From assembly GCA_963832165.1 (NCBI GenBank), contig CAWHTE010000003.1, positions 320,001 through 384,000 of the forward strand: DNA of 64,000 nt. The letters are read 5' to 3'. The notes beneath the pieces are model-generated. The model made no database searches, was not told the DNA's origin, and saw only the letters and a program-made list of their open reading frames with translations. Position numbers and translations under genes: made by a program. Origin of the DNA: an uncultured delta proteobacterium (lineage in GTDB: Bacteria; Myxococcota_A; UBA9160; SMWR01). This document shows positions 61,914 to 64,000 of this stretch, piece by piece. Within the stretch, counting starts at the first letter, position 1, and each line of letters begins with the position of its first letter.

Positions 61914-62521
61914 TCGGGCGTCTCGAGGGAGTGCTGCTCGAGCGGACGCCGACGCGGGTGCTCGTCGACGTGAACGGCGTGGGCTACGAGGTGTTCGTGC
62001 CGCTGTCGACGTTCGCGGTGCTGCCCGACGTCGGCAAGATCGTCGCGCTGCGCATCCACACCCACGCCCGAGAGGGTGCGCTGCAGCTGTACGGGTTCGC
62101 GACGGCGCCCGAGCGCACCGCCTTCGAGCTCTTGCTGCGCGCGAGCCGCGTCGGACCCAAGCTCGCGCAAACCGTGCTCTCGGGCATCGATCCGGCGGAT
62201 CTCCTGCAGGCGATTCGCGACGGCAACGTCGCGCCGCTGCGCGCGGTGCCGGGCGTGGGCGCCAAGATGGCCGAGCGCATCCTCGTCGAGCTCCGCGATC
62301 GCATCGACGAGCTCGCGTCCGCCGTGCGCTCGTCCGGGGCGACTCCGATGACTGCGTCGGCGGAGCCGGAGGGCCGCGAGCAGGCGCTGTCGGCGCTGCT
62401 CAATCTCGGCTATCCGCGCCAGCATGCGGAGCGCGCGCTCGAACGAGCAGCCGAGACCGTTGCGGAGGATGCGGACGTGGAAACCTGGGTGCGCTCCGCG
62501 CTGCGCGGGCTCGCGCGATGA
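61910..62521 (+). CDS. ruvA: Holliday junction branch migration protein RuvA
   Basis: [34 protein letters not shown] and ALLNLGY motifs. Confidence 0.96.
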   Translation: MIGRLEGVLLERTPTRVLVDVNGVGYEVFVPLSTFAVLPDVGKIVALRIHTHAREGALQLYGFATAPERTAFELLLRASRVGPKLAQTVLSGIDPADLLQAIRDGNVAPLRAVPGVGAKMAERILVELRDRIDELASAVRSSGATPMTASAEPEGREQALSALLNLGYPRQHAERALERAAETVAEDADVETWVRSALRGLAR

Positions 62522-63568
62522 TCGACTCCGACGCCGCACGCGGCGATCTCTCCCGACGCGCACTGCCGGACGAGGCGCTGTTCGAGGAGCAGCTGCGGCC
62601 GCGGACGCTCTCCGAGATGATCGGTCAGGACCGCCTGCGGGAGAACCTCGCCGTGTTCATCCGCGCCGCGCGCGCGCGCGGAGAGTCGCTCGACCACATC
62701 CTGTTCCACGGTCCACCCGGGCTCGGCAAGACCTCGCTCGCGGGCGCGGTGGCCAACGAGCTCGGGGCGCCGCTGCGCACCACGAGCGGTCCGGCCATCG
62801 AGCGGCCGGGCGATCTCGCCGCGCTGCTCTCGAGCCTCGAGGCGGGCGACGTGCTGTTCATCGACGAGATCCATCGCCTCGCGCCCGCGATCGAGGAGGT
62901 CCTGTATCCGGCGATGGAGGACTTCCAGCTCGACCTGCTGGTCGGCGAGGGGATCGGGGCACGCTCGATGCGACTCGATCTGCCGCGCTTCACGCTCGTC
63001 GGGGCCACGACGCGCGCGGGGCTGCTCACCTCGCCCGCTGCGCGATCGCTTCGGCTGGACCGCGCGCCTCGAGTACTACCCGCCCGCGGACCTGGAGCGG
63101 ATCCTGGTCCGCTCGGGCCGCGTGCTCGGGATCGCACTCGACGCCGAGGCGCTCTGCGAGCTCGCGCGCCGCTCGCGCGGCACCCCGCGCGTGGCGAACC
63201 GCCTGCTGCGGCGGGTTCGCGATTTCGCGGAGGTAGAGGGTGGCGGGCGAGGCGTGCCGGTCGACGGCGCACTCGCGCACTTCGCGCTCGAGCGGCTCGA
63301 CGTGGACCGCGCCGGCTTCGATCGCCTCGACCGCCTCGTGATGAGCGCGATCGTGGAGCGGTTCGCCGGCGGGCCGGTCGGGCTCGAGACGCTCGCCGCC
63401 GCGGTCGGGGAGGACAAGGGAACGCTCGAGGACGTGGTCGAGCCGTTCCTGATCCATGAGGGCTTCCTCGCGCGGACTCCGCGCGGCCGGGTGGCTACGC
63501 CGCTCTGCTACCGGCATCTCGGGCGCGATCTGCCCGACGCGGCTGTCGGCCAGCGCAAGCTCTTCTAG
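62518..63568 (+). CDS. ruvB: Holliday junction DNA helicase RuvB (one apparent +1 frameshift near 63033)
   Basis: [19 protein letters not shown] and GATTRAG, then [17 protein letters not shown] and RTPRGR in the next frame. Confidence 0.94.
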
Positions 63569-63621
63569 GCCCTCCCGACCCGCGCGAAAGCGAGGGGGGC
63601 AACCCGCCTGGGCAGGCCCTC

Positions 63622-63650
63622 CTAAAACTGTGCCTGCGGGGCGCCGATAG
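63622..63650 (+). promoter_or_regulatory. Candidate sigma28 (FliA)-type promoter
   Basis: CTAAAA...GCCGATAG (TAAA-N16-GCCGATAG) about 30 nt upstream of the next ORF. Confidence 0.35.
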
Positions 63651-63682
63651 AAGTCACGGGACCGTCTCGAGGAAGGATCACC

Positions 63683-64000
63683 GTGGCCGGACTGCGCGGG
63701 GTCGGAAAGCTGTTGCTCGTGGTCGTCGCCGCGCTGCTCGCGTCGGCGGGCACGCTCGGCCTCGCGCTCTCCTATGCGTCCGATGTGCCGGCCGTGCTCT
63801 CGGTGCGCGACACCTGCGCAGCGTTCCTTCAGCGCGTGTTGCCGCTCGTGTCGACGAACCTTCTCCCGGGCCACGTGATCGGCTGGCTGACCTCGGCGCC
63901 GTGGCGGTTCCTGCTCGCGCCGGTCGGGTTCATCGCGCTGGGAACGGCGCTCCTGCCGGGCGCAGGCGGTGCTGTGAAAGACGCCGAGGGTCCCTCGGGA
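63683..64000 (+). CDS. Hypothetical membrane protein, 5' part (runs off the window end)
   Basis: GTG after GAGGAAGGA; frame open to the end; two hydrophobic segments (LLLVVVAALLASAGTLGLAL and WRFLLAPVGFIALGTALL). Confidence 0.6.
   Translation, partial: MAGLRGVGKLLLVVVAALLASAGTLGLALSYASDVPAVLSVRDTCAAFLQRVLPLVSTNLLPGHVIGWLTSAPWRFLLAPVGFIALGTALLPGAGGAVKDAEGPSG

Noticed and set aside
63569..63680. Cyclic di-GMP-I riboswitch
   Set aside because: GNRA loops are present, but I could not find the GGCAAAC...GACGCAAA-type core or a tetraloop receptor.

Overview
A high-GC bacterial chromosome segment, mostly core genome. Gene content and order look like Myxococcota or related former Deltaproteobacteria; this is an inference, not a database result. 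In order: an envelope/LPS cluster (bamA 3' end, skp, lpxA, lpxI, a GnnA-like oxidoreductase, lpxB, waaA, lpxK; kdkA-like and lptF/G on the minus strand; heptose kinase); yicC-remA-gmk-rel-GT4; an msbA-like exporter, an FAD-fold protein and purM; a GT2 plus heterodimeric ABC exporter; smc, ftsY, glpK, glpQ, lrp-gltB-gltD; zapB-zapA-ygfA-tyrS; a complete rRNA operon (16S, tRNA-Ile, tRNA-Ala, 23S, 5S); two lipoproteins; an rplX-rpmG-ferredoxin group; aroE and purE; a minus-strand run (Hsp70 paralog, J-domain protein, DUF35, SCP2-type thiolase, redoxin-multiheme cytochrome fusion, UDG); and yebC-ruvCAB. No CRISPR array, prophage or transposase was seen. The most unusual items are: (1) a lipoprotein fusing two thioredoxin-fold domains, one with a DsbA-like CPHC motif, to eight c-type heme motifs; (2) a dispersed REP-like repeat with a covarying GA-mismatch/GNA-loop hairpin, one copy of which is read in frame inside gmk; (3) rplX outside the spc operon; (4) no room for 6S RNA at its usual locus. 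Many single-base frameshifts between 30.8 and 38 kb are most likely sequencing errors.
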